From: Vicugna vicugna
Taxonomy: Eukaryota
Assembly: GCA_013265495.1 (NCBI GenBank)
Contig: MU058037.1
Location: forward strand, 374,001 to 438,000
Direction: 5' to 3'
DNA: 64,000 bases
The notes beneath the pieces were generated by a model. It saw nothing but the letters and a program-made list of their open reading frames with translations. It was not told where the DNA came from and made no database searches. Below, piece after piece: positions 1 to 13,699 of the stretch. Position numbers and translations under genes: made by a program. Each line of letters begins with the position of its first letter. Position 1 is the first letter of the stretch.

Positions 1-715
1 AAACTCCATGTGATTATATCAATTGACATAGAAAAGCATTTGACAAAATTCAACATCCATTATGAGAAAGCTCTGTGCAAACTAAAAATAGAAAGCAATG
101 TCCTGGTAAAGGGCAGCTACAAAACTCCCAGAGCTGACATTACTTCCCCATGAAAGACTGGACACTTTCCCTCTAATACCAGGAACAAGGCAGAGATGTC
201 CCATTCTCATCACTGCTACTCAATATCATACTAGAGGTCCTGGATAGTGGAATAAGGAATGAAAAACAAATAAAAAGTATATAAAGTGAAAGGAGAGAAA
301 TAACGACTTTCTCTATTCCCAAACAACATGATTGTTTATGGAGAATATCCCAATATCTACAAAAGCTTTCAAAACTAATAAATGAGTTTAAGGAGGTCAC
401 GGGATACTAGGTAAAAACACAAAAATCAGTTATATTTCTATGTACTAGCAATGAATAATGGAAACTGAAATTTAAAAAATCATAATTTTAATTACTCCAA
501 AAAATGAAATACATATGTATAAACCTAACAAAACATATGAAGGATACATATGCTGAAAACTACAGAACACTGATAACAAAATCAAAGAAAAACTAAATAA
601 CTGGAGAACATACTATGTTCGTAGATTAAAAGACTCAACATAGCAAAGATTTCTGTTTTCCCTCTATTGATCTATGTATTTAACAAAATATCAGAATTCC
701 AGCAGGAATTTTTAG
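1..715 (+). mobile_element. Decayed LINE-1 ORF2 (RT region) fragment
   Basis: A-rich strand beginning with an L1 RT-like segment (gaaaagcatttgacaaaattcaacatcc, matching EKAFDKIQHP); many stops and frameshifts. Confidence 0.85.
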
Positions 716-1075
716 TATTGATTATCTCTTGCTGTGTACCCAAAATGTAGTGACTTAAAACAGTGCACATTTATTATTCACAGTTTGAATCGGGAATCTG
801 GACAGGGGTTATCTGGCTTCTCTTTTACGAGTCTCTCAGATACTGCAATTGAGATGTAGGCTGGGCTATTGCCATCTTACGTCTTGACTGGAGAAGGATC
901 CACTTCTAAGCTCATGTGGTTTTTAGCAGGATTCTGTTCTTTGTGGGCTGTTAGACCAAGGGTCTCAACTTCTTTGTGTTTGTTGTCTGGAGGCTATCCT
1001 CTTTTCTTTACCTTCTAGGCTTTTCCAACATGGCCGCTTGTTTCCTCAAAGCTAGCAAGAGAGAAAGAGTGAGAG
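716..1075. mobile_element. MaLR (MLT1-type) LTR remnant
   Basis: ttgctgtgtacccaaaatgtagtgacttaaaaca...catttattattcacagttt...ggaatctgg resembles the MLT1 terminus. Confidence 0.65.
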
Positions 1076-1089
1076 AGAGGAGAGAAGAC

Positions 1090-1400
1090 AGAGGGCTAAA
1101 GAGGATCAGTAAATCACAAAAGGGTAATAGAAGCTGTTGAAAGGTATGGTGGCCAGGGAAGGCTTCAGTGAGAGTTTTAAGAGTAAATGTCTGAAGGAGG
1201 AGGAGAAGTGACCCAAGTGTCTCTCTGTAGGAAGAGATTTTCAGGCAGAGGAAACAGCATGTGCAAATATCTGAAGAAGAAATATGTATGGAGGTACAAG
1301 GCAGAGCAAAGAGGCTGGTATGACTGGAGCACAGTGAACTCCAGGGAGGGAAATAGGGGATAAGTAAAGAGGAGTAACAGGTGGCAGGGGAGATTTGCTG
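1090..1400 (-). mobile_element. LINE-2 fragment
   Basis: ggccagggaaggcttc...ttcaggcagaggaaacagcatgtgcaaa...ggctggtatgactggagcacagtga is a typical reverse L2 segment. Confidence 0.65.
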
Positions 1401-2739
1401 GATGAATGTGCCAATGAAGCTATAGAAAAACTTTCATCATCTTTCTTCTACAACATGTTGATGTTTTTCATCTTTATTTTGGAGAGAAAATTATTTTGTG
1501 TCTGTTGTTGTGATCCATTGTCCACAATTTTATACTGTTATTTTAGCTCGGTCTACATTTCAAGTGGCTTCACTATTCCTTAATGGCTCATCATTTTTTG
1601 ACAATTGAAGTTGGTTATTAAATTGTTCCTTAGTGTTTCCGTTTTTGTTTCTCTGTTAAGATACTGTTTTCTAACCCTGTTGCCATTGTTGCCATTCTTG
1701 TTTCTGGACTGTTTGATGATTCCCCAACTCCCTCTCTGTTGTACAGTCCTGGGCAGGACTTGAAATTTTCTTAGGAATCTGACCTGAAGTTGTACATAAT
1801 GACCAGTATATTCTATTGCAAGTTTGAAGAACACAAAATTAAAGCCCATGTGTTTTCAGTTAATTTTTTAAAAGCCTGAACTTTTATGATACAAGAGATA
1901 TTTTACCAGTTTTAGGGATAGTTAATTTTGTAATTGATGATCAGCTCTTGAAACTGCTACCTGAGGTGAAAATAGTGCACTGGTTCTTTAATTTGAACTT
2001 GTAGGAACAGAGTAGTAGTTTTTTCTCTGATCTTCTTACAGACTTAATGCTGAATATTTATGATTTTTTCATACACAGAACTCCCTAAACATAGCTGAAG
2101 GAAACTCAAAATGGTAAGAGATGATCCAAGTTGCAATTCTTTTCAGATGTTGGAAAAAAACAGTTTTAGTGTATGAATAATGATGTGTAATATAGAAACC
2201 ATTTATTTCACTAAGTGCTAAAACAACATGTGTCAAGAAGATAAAGTTCCACTTTCCCGTCTTCCAGAGCTGGAGCAGTCCTGAATAAACTGTTGGGCAT
2301 GTGTTTTATTGCCAAAGAAGAAGGGGAACCTTCTTGGCAGTGGTAGGTTCTAACCCCAGAGATTAAGTATCAACTGAATGGGAGGCAGAATCCTTACAGA
2401 TCCATTTAGTGTGCTCATTTTCCTCTCTTCATACTGTCCCATGCTGAGTATATGCCAGGCAGATAACAGCCTATCTTATTTTTAAAGACCTATTTCTTCT
2501 TTCAGGCAGGATTTCTCTATGGGAGGGGCATTGCATGTAGATCAGCAAATAAGCATGCCACAGTACTGCGTTAGAGAGAATGTTTTCTCTTTGGGAATTC
2601 TGTCAGATAAACTTTTCAGATTGGTTTTCATTAAATGTTAAAGATAAGGTTTTATATACAATTTCCTGCTAATACCATGTATGTACACACATATATAAAA
2701 TATACATTGTATCCAGTGTTGAATTTTATATACACGTAC

Positions 2740-3115
2740 AGTGCCTGCGTGAAAGAACAAGAGTTAAAGAGTTGGAGTTAAGGAATTGGCTCACATGATT
2801 GTGGAGGCTTGAAAATCTAAAATCTGATGGGGTAGGCCAGCAGGCTGGAGACCCAAGGAAGAGTTGAAGTTGGGTGCAAAGGAAGTATGCTGACAGAATT
2901 CCTTCTTGCTTGAGGGACATTTGATCTTTTTTCTGTGAAGGCCTTCAACGTACTGGATGGGGCTCACTAATGGAATAATCTGTTTTCTTTGAAGGCCATC
3001 TATTTAACTGTCAGTCTTATCCAAAAACCATCTTCATAGAAACATCCACAATACTGTTTAACCAACTGTTTGGATACTGTAGCCTAGCTAGGTTGACACC
3101 TAACATCAACCATCA
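2740..3115 (-). mobile_element. ERVL MLT2-type LTR
   Basis: aaggaattggctcacatgattgtggaggct...gttgacacctaacatcaaccatca; the end is the reverse complement of the MLT2 start TGTGATGGTTAAT...GTGTCAAC. Confidence 0.7.
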
Positions 3116-4234
3116 TGATAATTTTGCTTAAATTGTTCATTAATATTGTGTATGTTCTTATAAAAGCTGTAAACTTAACTTATTCCTTTTGTTAGTTTCT
3201 TTAATGTCAGTTCTCAGGAGATTAAAAATGTTTTTTAAAAGTGAGTAGTTTATAGATTGGTTAAAAAGTGTTGAATACAGATAATGTAAAACGTGACCAG
3301 CAGTTATGACATGATATATTACTTTTCAGAAAAGTCTGGATTAAAATGCTGTGCAGAGATATTTGTGATTTATGAAGTGTATTTGATGCTGAAATGTTAC
3401 AGATTCTAACCCTAAAATGATGACATGAAATTATTTCTAGCTGTTTCCAGGGCTACTGCCAGCACTAGATGTGATGATGGAAACTCAGGGGAACTCTCTC
3501 ACTTAGAAATTTATTAGAATTCACCAGTTACTTCTGAGGAGCTTTTTTTTTTTTTCTGGTAGGGCCCAGGGCTGAAGTGGACCCATGTGTGGCATCTGAT
3601 GACATTTTTCCATAGAAAGTTTAAGAAAACCAGTCTGGAGCTGTTCTATAGTTAGATTCTCATCTCCTGGTGATATTTCTTCATAAAAGTATCCCAGAAT
3701 CAGGCCCAGGCATGGTTAGTGGTCCTCAAGAGGGTAAAGTTCGCCAGTACTAGCTGCATATAAATAGCCAATTATATAGAGGTGATGGTTCAAATGGATT
3801 CTTCCCAGGAGGAATAAACTTGGAGATGAGAAAAAGAACAATGACTAGATATTCTTTGTATAAGAAATTGAGAAGTGGCCCTCAAAGCAATATCAAGCTG
3901 GCCTCTGGAGAGCTTGCTGCTTGCTATAAATTGCCAAAAATTTAAAATGTTAATGTCTGTGTCATGTTTTGGGTTTCCTCCTTCATGCAATGGATAGCTA
4001 ATAGTTGCATTAGAGAAGAAAGAAGGTATATTGTAAATTGTGGGGAAAATTATACTAGTCTTCCCCTTTCACCAGGTTTGTATTTATTAATTCATTTGTA
4101 TAGCAAAGCACTATTAAGGTGAAGTTTATGAGGGTTGTATTTTTTTTTAAACTGGTCCTTTGTATTTAAGAAAATCACATGAATTTTACTTATCTGGAAA
4201 TGGAAATAAAATAACTAGTTTTTAAGAGCTATAA

Positions 4235-4402
4235 GTTCTCAAAATTCAGAATTATTTGGACGGTGTATTCAAAGATAGGTGGGCCCTACGAACAGAATTT
4301 CTGATCCAGTAGCTTTGGCACGAGGCCCCAAATTTGGACTTTGAACATGTTTCCAGTTGATCTGATGCTGCTGGTTTTGGCAGTATACTTTGATAGCCAG
4401 GG
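4235..4402. mobile_element. MER5-type hAT-Charlie non-autonomous DNA transposon
   Basis: cagaatttctgatccagtag...aacatgtttccagttgatctgatgctgctggt motif of MER5A. Confidence 0.6.
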
Positions 4403-4543
4403 CTGAAGGTTTTACACATTCAGCACTGTGAGCTATTGACCTTGAAGAAATTCTACCAAAGACGAATATACATTCCCTCTTTCCTAGAAAGATCTTATTT
4501 TACAGGGGAAATAGCTATTTAGGGTATTAATGCAAGGTGGCAC

Positions 4544-4545
<2 letters not shown>

Positions 4546-4584
<39 letters not shown>
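4546..4584. repeat. (TAT)13 microsatellite
   Basis: Perfect trinucleotide run read directly. Confidence 0.95.
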
Positions 4585-4879
4585 GCATACCATATTTAGA
4601 TATGTTTTCAAAATTTCAACTTGAATGTTTAGAGTTGACCCCCTCTGTCACCAAATAATGATACTCTTAAAAAAAAAATCATGGGGCCAACTACTTTCTA
4701 CCCAAGCCATTTGATACTTTTTCATCTACAAGTAGTAACTGTTCTAAACACACTCTTTATATATACATATATTTCATATATACCTCACATATATTATATA
4801 TGTATGTTATATATATTTTATATATAAGAAAAGTATATTTTAATAACATTTAAAGCTGTAGTTGCCTTCAGCCTAGGAC

Positions 4880-5035
4880 TTTGCTACTAAAGTGTGATGC
4901 TAGGATCACCAGCATCAGCATCACCTGCTAAGTGCACAATCCTGAGCCCTGCCTCAGAGCTACTAAATTCAAATCTGCATTTTAACAAGACCTCAAGGTT
5001 ATTCATTTTCACAACACAGTTTGGGAAGATCTGTT
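4880..5035. mobile_element. MER5-type DNA transposon
   Basis: ccagcatcagcatcacctg...aaatctgcattttaacaaga...agtttgggaag. Confidence 0.65.
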
Positions 5036-5759
5036 CTAGGAGTAATTTCATAACAAGTCGAACTGGTGATTTCCATGCAGAAGCAGAAACTTTTTGAGAA
5101 ACACAGTGTGAAGCAACTGTGGATTGGCAGACAGGCTGAGGTTATCAGATCTAATAAGGTGTTAGAGCTGGGAGGCCGGGAAGTGCTGAGCTGTTGACCA
5201 CTCTGACTTTGGTCATGCTGAGTTTTTCTATTTGTGTAAAAGAAGCCCATTAATTAAATAGCCTTAGATTCTAAACAACAGGGAGAAAAATCAATTAGAA
5301 CACCTTGGAGAGTGAGACAGTATTGGAAAAATTCATTATCAGATGGCCAGCATATCTTGAGAGGGAAAGTTAGCTTTGACCTCTCCACATCACCAAGGAG
5401 TAATGCTCAAAAAGTAATCATGGGGAAACTACTGCTGTTACGTAAGCCATTTGACACCACTTTATCCACAAATAGTAACTGTCCTTAAATAGGCCTTGAT
5501 TTCTTTGAGCCAAAGAAAATACACAAACTGGCCAATACAGATGAGAAGCAAACATGTTTAGCACTATTTTTCCATCACTCTTTTTTTCCCGCCATCCTTA
5601 TGTTCTTCTGGGTTTTGGGTTAAATACGGCTTGTCTGATAATAGTAAATAGAAATAACACCATTTGTTGCATTTGAGATTTCAGTTCAAAGTAGATTATT
5701 TTTATCAGTCCTGGGAAATAATCAGAATAGCTTTATTAAGCTTCAGTGTGACAAAGACA

Positions 5760-6300
5760 GCCTCCTATGGTCTCCCTACTCCTATTTCTCCTCCTCTACT
5801 CACACAGCTCTCTCTTCATCCTTTTAAAACCTAAGTTATAACATGCCATTCCTCTGCTTAAAACCCTCCAGGGACATTCCATCATACTTAAAATTCTATA
5901 GAATTTTTTTCATGACCTCCAAGGTCATTATCAGGTCCCTGGTTACTTCTGTCGCTCTTTCTCCTGTTTCCTTCTCTCACACTCCCCTTGTTCTCCTTGA
6001 TTGACAGGTATGCTAGAGCCTCAGGGTCTTTGCACATGCTTCCTTCACATGGCTCCTTTTCCTCAATTCTGTAGGTTTCTGTTCCATCTCCTCCATGATG
6101 GGACTTCTCTGGCCACCCAGTTAGAAGATACATGCCTCTATTTTTGTAATTCCCCTTGAATTTTGTTTTATTCATCCTGACATTGTAGTAAATTTGCTTG
6201 TTGTCTCTCTCTCACAAGAGAAGCCTTGGTCTGTTTTCAGTCCCATTCCAATTCTGTGGCTGGCACATAGGAAGGGTTTAATAAATATTTATTGAGTGAG
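5760..6300 (+). mobile_element. LINE-2 3' end
   Basis: cattcctctgcttaaaaccctcc...gcctcagggtctttgcacatgct...tggcacatagg...aataaatatttattgagtga, the L2 terminus. Confidence 0.75.
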
Positions 6301-6639
6301 TTATATAATTCAGTCAACTTATCATTCTGTTTAAGTATCGACATGATTTCTTTTTCAACACATCATAGCTCAGTGAAGATATTTATATAGTGGTGGGCTC
6401 TTGTTTCCTCCTTCTGTCTGAGGGTAGGGCCACAGGAAGAAAACTACTATTTATTTATTTATTTAGTATTGCTCTATACATTTATTATCTCATTACTATT
6501 ATTCACAACAATCTTGTGAAGAAGGCATTAGTGTCCTCTTTTTATAAATGAGTAAATAGAGACTTTAACAGTTTACATGATCTACCCAAATATATAGAGT
6601 TAAAAAAGATGCTATTCTGTAGAGTAAGTATCACCACAA

Positions 6640-7735
6640 AGAAAGTGAAACATGAGGAACAGATAGCAAGAAGATCCTTACAACTGGCAAAAGATTAATA
6701 CGCAGAATCAATGCAGAACACTTACAAATCAATAGAGAAAGACGACCCCATAGAAAATAGAGTAAAGGCTGTAGTTAGGCAATTTATAAAAGAAGAGTTC
6801 TGAATGGCTGATAAATAGATGATGTTTCACCTGATTAGTAATCAGGAAACTTCTAATTTAAACAAGATACCATTTCATACTCATCAGACCACTGAAAGTT
6901 AGAAAGCCTAACAGTATCAATTGTGGGGAAATAAGAATGCACATATTAAACCATTAGTGGGAATGTAAGTTCGTTTAACCACTTTGAAGAGCTATTTGAT
7001 AATATCTAGTGAAGGTGAAGCTGCACATACATTATGACCCAGCAATTGCTCTTCTAGGTGATATTCAAAGTATTTGATAACTGCTATCAGAGGCACCAAC
7101 CAGTCAGAATAAACATATGTTGCAACTGGCTGGCATGGTCATATTGGTATATTTCATTTGAATCACAGTCCTGAATATGTTTTAGAGAAACTCCTACACA
7201 CATGCACAAAGAGATGTGTATAAGAATATTCAGTAGAGCATTGTTTGTAATATGAAAAAAAACCCCTGCAAATAACATATATATAGGGAGATATATATAT
7301 CCCTAGGGTAATGAATAAATTGTTGCATAGTCATAGAATGGCATGCTATTCAGCATTAAATTCATTTAAATATGAATGAACCCGACTTACATAAATCAGC
7401 TTTGGTAAATTTTACTACATAATGAGAAAAAAATTCAAAAGAGTTCATATGGCATGACACAATTTATGTAAAATTTAAAGCATGAAAAAATACTGTATCT
7501 TGTTTATGGGCACATGTGTAAGTAGTAAACATATAAAATATAAGTGGGAAGAATACACACCAACTTCAAGTGAGTTGTTACCCCTGGAGTGCAAGGAAGA
7601 GAAATAGGATAAGTTAGGAGTTTTTATAATCTTTAATTTCTATATCTTTAATTTTTTAACAAAATAAATATGACAAAATATCAACATTTGCTAAATTTAG
7701 ATGTAGATGACTGTTATTTTAAAAAATGTATGAAT
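6640..7735 (+). mobile_element. Old L1M 3' fragment, interrupted by a MER81-like element at ~7056-7173
   Basis: L1 ORF2-end motifs (gacccagcaattgctcttctagg, agcattgtttgtaata). The insert tgatattcaaagtatttgataactg...accaaccagtcagaa...cagtcctg resembles hAT-Blackjack MER81. Confidence 0.65.
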
Positions 7736-8539
7736 TTTTTTAAAAAGGAATATAAGTAATATGGTGGAGCTTGTACTGGACCCAGATCTGTTTGCTTTCA
7801 AAGCCAGAAGGCTTTTAATTACATAAGCTCCAGAAGAAAGACCCTAGCCCGACCTCACAAATGCAGCTGTCTCTTACTAGTACTGTCAGGAACATGGCTA
7901 GATACCAGTGTCGCAGCCATTATTTTTTAGTGATAATCTCCCTGGAGGCCTGTGGTCTATCTTAGGCTATATGATCTGATAGCCAAGGAGAGTTCAGGTG
8001 GTTAAATGGTGGGATTGCTGGCAAAATAATGAGTGCTTTCTTTGCACACCCCAGAGTCAGATGAATTAGGGTGTAGGTGCTAGATTGGGATGTGTATACT
8101 TGCCAGAGACTCCATATTTCAGAAGTTTTGTCATCACTCTAAACATGGGGCTTTCTCTGTGCATGTACATTTCCTCACTTGGCTATTAGTCGGTAAAGCA
8201 ATCGGATGGAGGACTTCTGCCTGTCTTGTGAAGCCCAGCTAGTCTTCTTGTCCTTCCTTCTGCTAGATTTTGCACAGGAGCACAAGCATTTAATTTAGAT
8301 ATGGTATTTTTGCAGCACCTCATTCATGGCTGAGGGCTCAGGAGGCGTTACGATTTGCCATGAAAACCTACAAAGTTAGGTTCCGGAATAAACCATAAGT
8401 CTTGCTGTTAGTGATGGAGATGATTTGCCCTGATGGTCTAATCATGTAAAACTAGTGATCTGGGTCATTTCTTCTTTTCTCTACACAAAATTTTGGTTGA
8501 GTTAGGAGCCTCTGTTTAGAGTTGGAGTTGACAGGATAT

Positions 8540-8844
8540 ATGTAAAAACTTCAGGGTCAGAGAAATGGGGAGATGTTGGTCAAGGAGTATAAACTTCCAG
8601 TTATGAAGTTATGGGGAGCTAATATACGGCATGGTTATTATAGTTAATAATGTACTGTATACTTGAAAGTTGCTAAGAGGTTGGATCTTAAATGTTCTCA
8701 TCATAAAAAAAGTCGTGATGGAAGTGTTACCTATTACTATGTGGTAATCATTTTGTAATATATGTGTATCAAATCAACATGTTGTATATCTTAAACTTAC
8801 ACAATGCTATATGTCAATTATATCTCAATAAAGCTGGGGGAAAA
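8540..8844 (+). mobile_element. L1MA-type 3' UTR end
   Basis: gaaatggggagatgttggtcaagg...tgtcaattatatctcaataaagctgggggaaaa. Confidence 0.8.
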
Positions 8845-10409
8845 GCCCTGGTATAACTGAATATCTCAAAAATATATGGGAGCTATCTATATGACAGCAA
8901 AGAAAATATTTGGCAAGAAAAATTCCATGAAACTTTTCCTCTGAACCAACCGATTTTGCCTCTGAAACATCATTCCCTCAATAGTTTAATCCATATTTAA
9001 CCACATAGTTTATTTTCCTTCTTTTTGAGGTTCTTTGACCTCAGTGATACTTCGTACAGTTTCAAATTTATATTTTCTGCTGCATCCAGTGTTGTACTCT
9101 ATTTTCTGAAGCAGCCAGTGTGATTAATATTTATTTAGTTTTCTACATGGACTACTTAAATCTCAGTATAGAAAACTGATATATTGAGCTAAAACGTCAA
9201 TAATAAATATGATAATGAATTAGATCTGTAGTGTAAATAAGAAAAAAAATCTGTTGTATTTGAAAGAATTACCTTAAATTATTTTCTTTGTGGTTTAGGA
9301 TGATACAAAAAGTAGATAGTGCCAAGAGACACCCATGTAAAGCTCAATATATATTTTTAGTTCTAATATGTGACTATCTAAGTATGATGATATGATAATG
9401 AAACTAAGTTTCACGTAAAAGTGTTTTGGGGGCAGACAGATTTAAGTGATATGAGTTGTCTTAGTTTAGACATGAAAGTTTATTAATTGAACGAGTTCAG
9501 ATTTTACAAAGAATAGGCTTGGAAAATGATGATGTAAAAGTTACTGTGAGTACTGTCCTTGGGAAATGGTTATTAAAATTCATTAGAAGTAGATATTGCT
9601 CATCAGATGATCTTATGAAAGTTTCCAGAAATGGGATAGAAAAAATATGTGATAAATAATAATGGATATACCAATGAGTTGATTCTCTAGATAGTATGAA
9701 AGTGCTTGTATTCCAAAGAAATTCCTAAAAAGAAATTAGGTAGGCTCTCCATGACCACTAGAGCTGCTAACTGGATCTATAACATGATAAATACATGAGC
9801 TTTTTTATAACAAAAACAATGTAATACCTTTAAGGACCCTTTTCTCTGAAGTTTACCATCTCTCAAATACAGAGATGGGCTCCTAGCAGCTATATTTTTC
9901 ATAAAGGTGATAAAGGGCCCTACTATCACCAGTCTTGGCAACTGCAGCATTTGATTGGACCATAAAGGGCCACCTGATCCAAATTGGACCTATCAGATCA
10001 TCTCTTACAGAAATATAAACTTGGAGCTGAGACAATCTAAATCTAGACTGATGTCATGAACAGATGTAATTTAAACCAAAGAGTTAAAGAGTCAGCCAGC
10101 TTCCACCCTCTGCGTGGCAAAACAGCAAAAGGCAGCCTGTAGAGGGAGAAGAATGGAGCAGATGTGCAGAGAGAGAGAAATGTCAAGAACATCAATGATC
10201 TGCAGGTAGAGAGACCCAACAAGTGTCCTCGCCATGTAAACACCTCCCAAAACAAAACTACGACATTTTTGAACTCCTTTTGTAATACATTAATATTTAT
10301 TTGTAGGAGTGACAGGTTGAATCAGCTCGAGTGTGACCATCACCTCCCCATATTATCTTCTTTTGTTTTAAAAAACTATTGCATATAATGTTAATATTCT
10401 TTTATCCTG

Positions 10410-10610
10410 GGTGCTTTAAATGTATATCATCTGATCTTCATAAGTAGAAATTAAAATTACCATCCATCTTTTGCAGGTGATGAAACCAAGACTTAGGGCC
10501 TTTATAGGACCTATTACCTAAATTCATGTAACTGGCTATAAGTGGCAGAATGAGACTCATGCAGGTCTTTCAGACTATTAAGACTTCACCCTTAACCGTT
10601 ATGTTATACT
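10410..10610. mobile_element. MIR SINE remnant
   Basis: ccatcttttgcaggtgatgaaaccaagacttag...taagtggcagaatgagactc. Confidence 0.55.
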
Positions 10611-10794
10611 TGAATCTAGGGGCAGCAACCAGTATCTTCTATAAAGAAGAAATGATCTTTGTCCCTCCTCTATAGGAACAGTAAGTTCAGCTTACTCTGC
10701 ATCTTATGCATGATGTTCTGAGCTCTGAATGACAGTGAGGTCAGGAGGAGATAGTGGTCTGGCAGGCTGTGTGTTCTCAGCAAAATTGGACACC

Positions 10795-10821
10795 CACACG
10801 TGTGTGTGTGTGTGCGCGCGC
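10795..10821. repeat. Alternating purine-pyrimidine tract (CA)/(TG)n(CG)n
   Basis: cacacgtgtgtgtgtgtgtgcgcgcgc, 27 nt of strict Y-R alternation. Confidence 0.9.
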
Positions 10822-12322
10822 TGTAGAAGGGAGGTAAGGAGGAGACTCTTTCTCAGAAGCAGAAAATGCTTCTTCCCTTTAGTTAACATCATTTTACACT
10901 GTCTTATCTGTGAGAGAGTAAAGTTAAAATGGAATGTCACATGGTGCTTCATGGGAAGTCACTGTGAGAGTGTGTGTGTTGTAGGAAAGGTATAAACAAG
11001 ACAAAAACTAATGCCTAGAAAGAGATGTGACAAGGCCACATTTATTGATTCCAGAGAAAATTAAAATGTTTATGTAAAATGCCATATGAGTCTTCATAAG
11101 ACATAAGCCTAAAAGCTATTAGTTCAGGCTTCAGAGGGATTTTGCTGAGTCTGAGAAATGGGTTCCATTGAAATTTTAATTTGGACCCCCAAACACATCA
11201 GTATACTTCTTGTTAAAAGCTCATTGAAAATTACAGGGTTTGATGATCATATGGACTTTATTTAAAATGGGTGAACATCTTTGCAAACATTTCACCCAGT
11301 TGAAAGGGCTAGAAAAAAACCGAAGTTTGCAGTGGGAGAAGGGACCTGAAAGGTAACATTTGCAGGTGGCGCCAAACACTAACAGGCTTTCAGTATTGTT
11401 TGTGTGCTTGGTTAGGAGATATCAGAGATTACAGTTTTGTGAACTTGGGTGGCACTGAACAGCTTCAGCTGTATTTGGGAAGTGAAACGAAGACGTCAGC
11501 ATGAAGAGAGGACCTGGTTCTTCCACCTTGTCACTTAATAATAGATTTTCATCTAATCAATACACTCAGGAATTGTGAATTATCATCTCTTTTTTTTTTT
11601 TATTAAGAGAAGGGCGCTTGGGTTATAGGAAGGGAGGGGAGACGGAGAGAAATGTTTTGCTGACTTAATATTCTTTTAGAAAATATGTGCTCTTTGCTTT
11701 CTTTTTTAATTGGATTTTCAAGCTTAGGTGGAAAACCAAAGACAGCCCATCAGTTCCTCTCTCCTTATTCCCCTTCTGTGTGAAAAGATGTTTTGTTTTT
11801 TAATTCCTTGGGTTCAAGAGAAGATTGCCATTGCTTTTGGCTATGTAGCTCCATTAGCTAGACTTATTCACTCTGAGCCCCTCAGTGTTGTTGACTGCAA
11901 GAGATTCTTCTCTGGTCGGCTACATTTCAAATCTGTCAGAGTCAGTGATGTAGTTCAGGGTGCAGCCAAGTGTGAATGCCGGTAAGGCTCTTGGTTCAAG
12001 TGACCTTGATATTGGGTCTCTTCATGACTGCTGCTCAAGTTTTCTACTCTGCTGGTTTTTCACATTTTCCTCTAATTGCTGCTGACTGTTCAAAAGCTGG
12101 GTTTGTTTGATATGCTTCCAATTTTATTATAAAATTATAGCAATTCCCTGTAGAATCCTGTGTTTTTAGTGTTCCCATTTAATAAACATCCAGGGGAAGA
12201 GTTTAATTTGCTTATTACAGTCAACTCTCACCCTAGTAAAGCATACCTCATTGGAGCCTCTTCTCAATAATGGAAAATTCACTGCCTCAATAGGAGGTAC
12301 TTTTTTTGACTATATTCACCGT

Positions 12323-13270
12323 TTATCAGTTAAGATGCTTTGGGTAATACAATTCACAACTAATAATGACTTAAACAGTAAAGGCATTTATTATCTCATA
12401 TTATGCAAAGTTCAGAGGTAGGAGATTCCTCGGTGCTTTTGTTGGGTCCAGTATTTACGGGATGGGACAGCTAGAGGAAAAGGATCAGAAGTGGTTAGAG
12501 AAATCCTTAACCACCACTCGCATCTGATACCTTTGAGAGAAGAGGGAAAAGGAAGAAGGATTGGGTAGGAAGAGCCTAAGACTACAGTGAGGCTCTGAGA
12601 AACCCACGGCCAGCCTAACGTACCACAAAAATATGGTCCGGAGTGGAGTCCCATGTTGGGTAGAAATGACTGGGGCCCTAGTGCTACCTGTCTAAGGGCT
12701 TCCTGCAAGAGCTTGGCTTTAGCTCACATGAGGCCACAGATTGTTCACAGCTGGGGCTGCCAGCTAACTGCACTCCTTGCAACTGATCAGCAAGCTCATT
12801 CTTAAACAGAGACCCGAGTGGCACACCTCCACTGCTGCCACATGGGGTTGAGTTCAGCAGCAGTTATGCCACCCAGGATCCTGGTGCTTTCCACATTTAC
12901 GTTTGGTCATGCTGAGCATGTTGGTATCCTTCAGATTTATTTCCTCATTGTCTAAAAATGACTGTGACAACCGCCTGTCTTCACACAGCTATGTACAAAA
13001 GCAGGAAGGAGAGCTCATCCTCACCTCCCTCTGTACTGAAGGGACGAAGATCTTTCTTTAAAGTTGCCAGACAGACTTTTTTTGTCAGTCCCATGGGCCA
13101 AGTTTGAGTCATGCGCCTAATGCTTTAGCTGCACGGGAGGCTAGGAAAGTGAATTTGTGGCTTTTTCAACCTAATAATGGAAAGTAGGTCATGCCAGCAA
13201 GTAGGCAGGGGCAAAGGGGGGAGGTGGTGTGGGTAACTGTTTGATAGGTGAACCACCAGTGCCTGCCACC
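12323..13270. mobile_element. Old MaLR (MLT1) LTR(s), probably nested
   Basis: tatcagttaagatgcttt...gacttaaacagtaaaggcatttattatctcatatt...aagttcagaggtagg start. A different LTR-like block occupies ~12440-12842, after which MLT1-like sequence resumes. Confidence 0.5.
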
Positions 13271-13699
13271 CGAAATATTGCTTAGGTGGCACTTCATCAT
13301 TTGATTGCCAGAAATTCAGATGTTAGAGATTGTAAATTTGTCACTGAATGTGTGACTTGTTATACTGGCAGGTTCTTTTGCTTCTCTTGTACTCCTGTCC
13401 CTTCCCCCAGACAAGAGTATGAAGGCTTTATTGTAGATTGCAGTCTTTCTTCATATCATTTCTTACCTTCTTATATCGTTGCTGTGATACATAGTTTACA
13501 AAATACCTGAGTGGACAGATACCAGCCATACTGTTGAGACTCATCTTTTAAAAGGACTTCTTCAACAGTACTGCAAGATCGTTTGTTTCTTTCAGCAGTA
13601 TCATCTGATCATTTTTGACTTTTTATTTTGATATGAGTTAGAAAACTATGACGGTGAAATCCATGTAATTATAAAAACAAAAAAGCAAAGAAACAGAAT

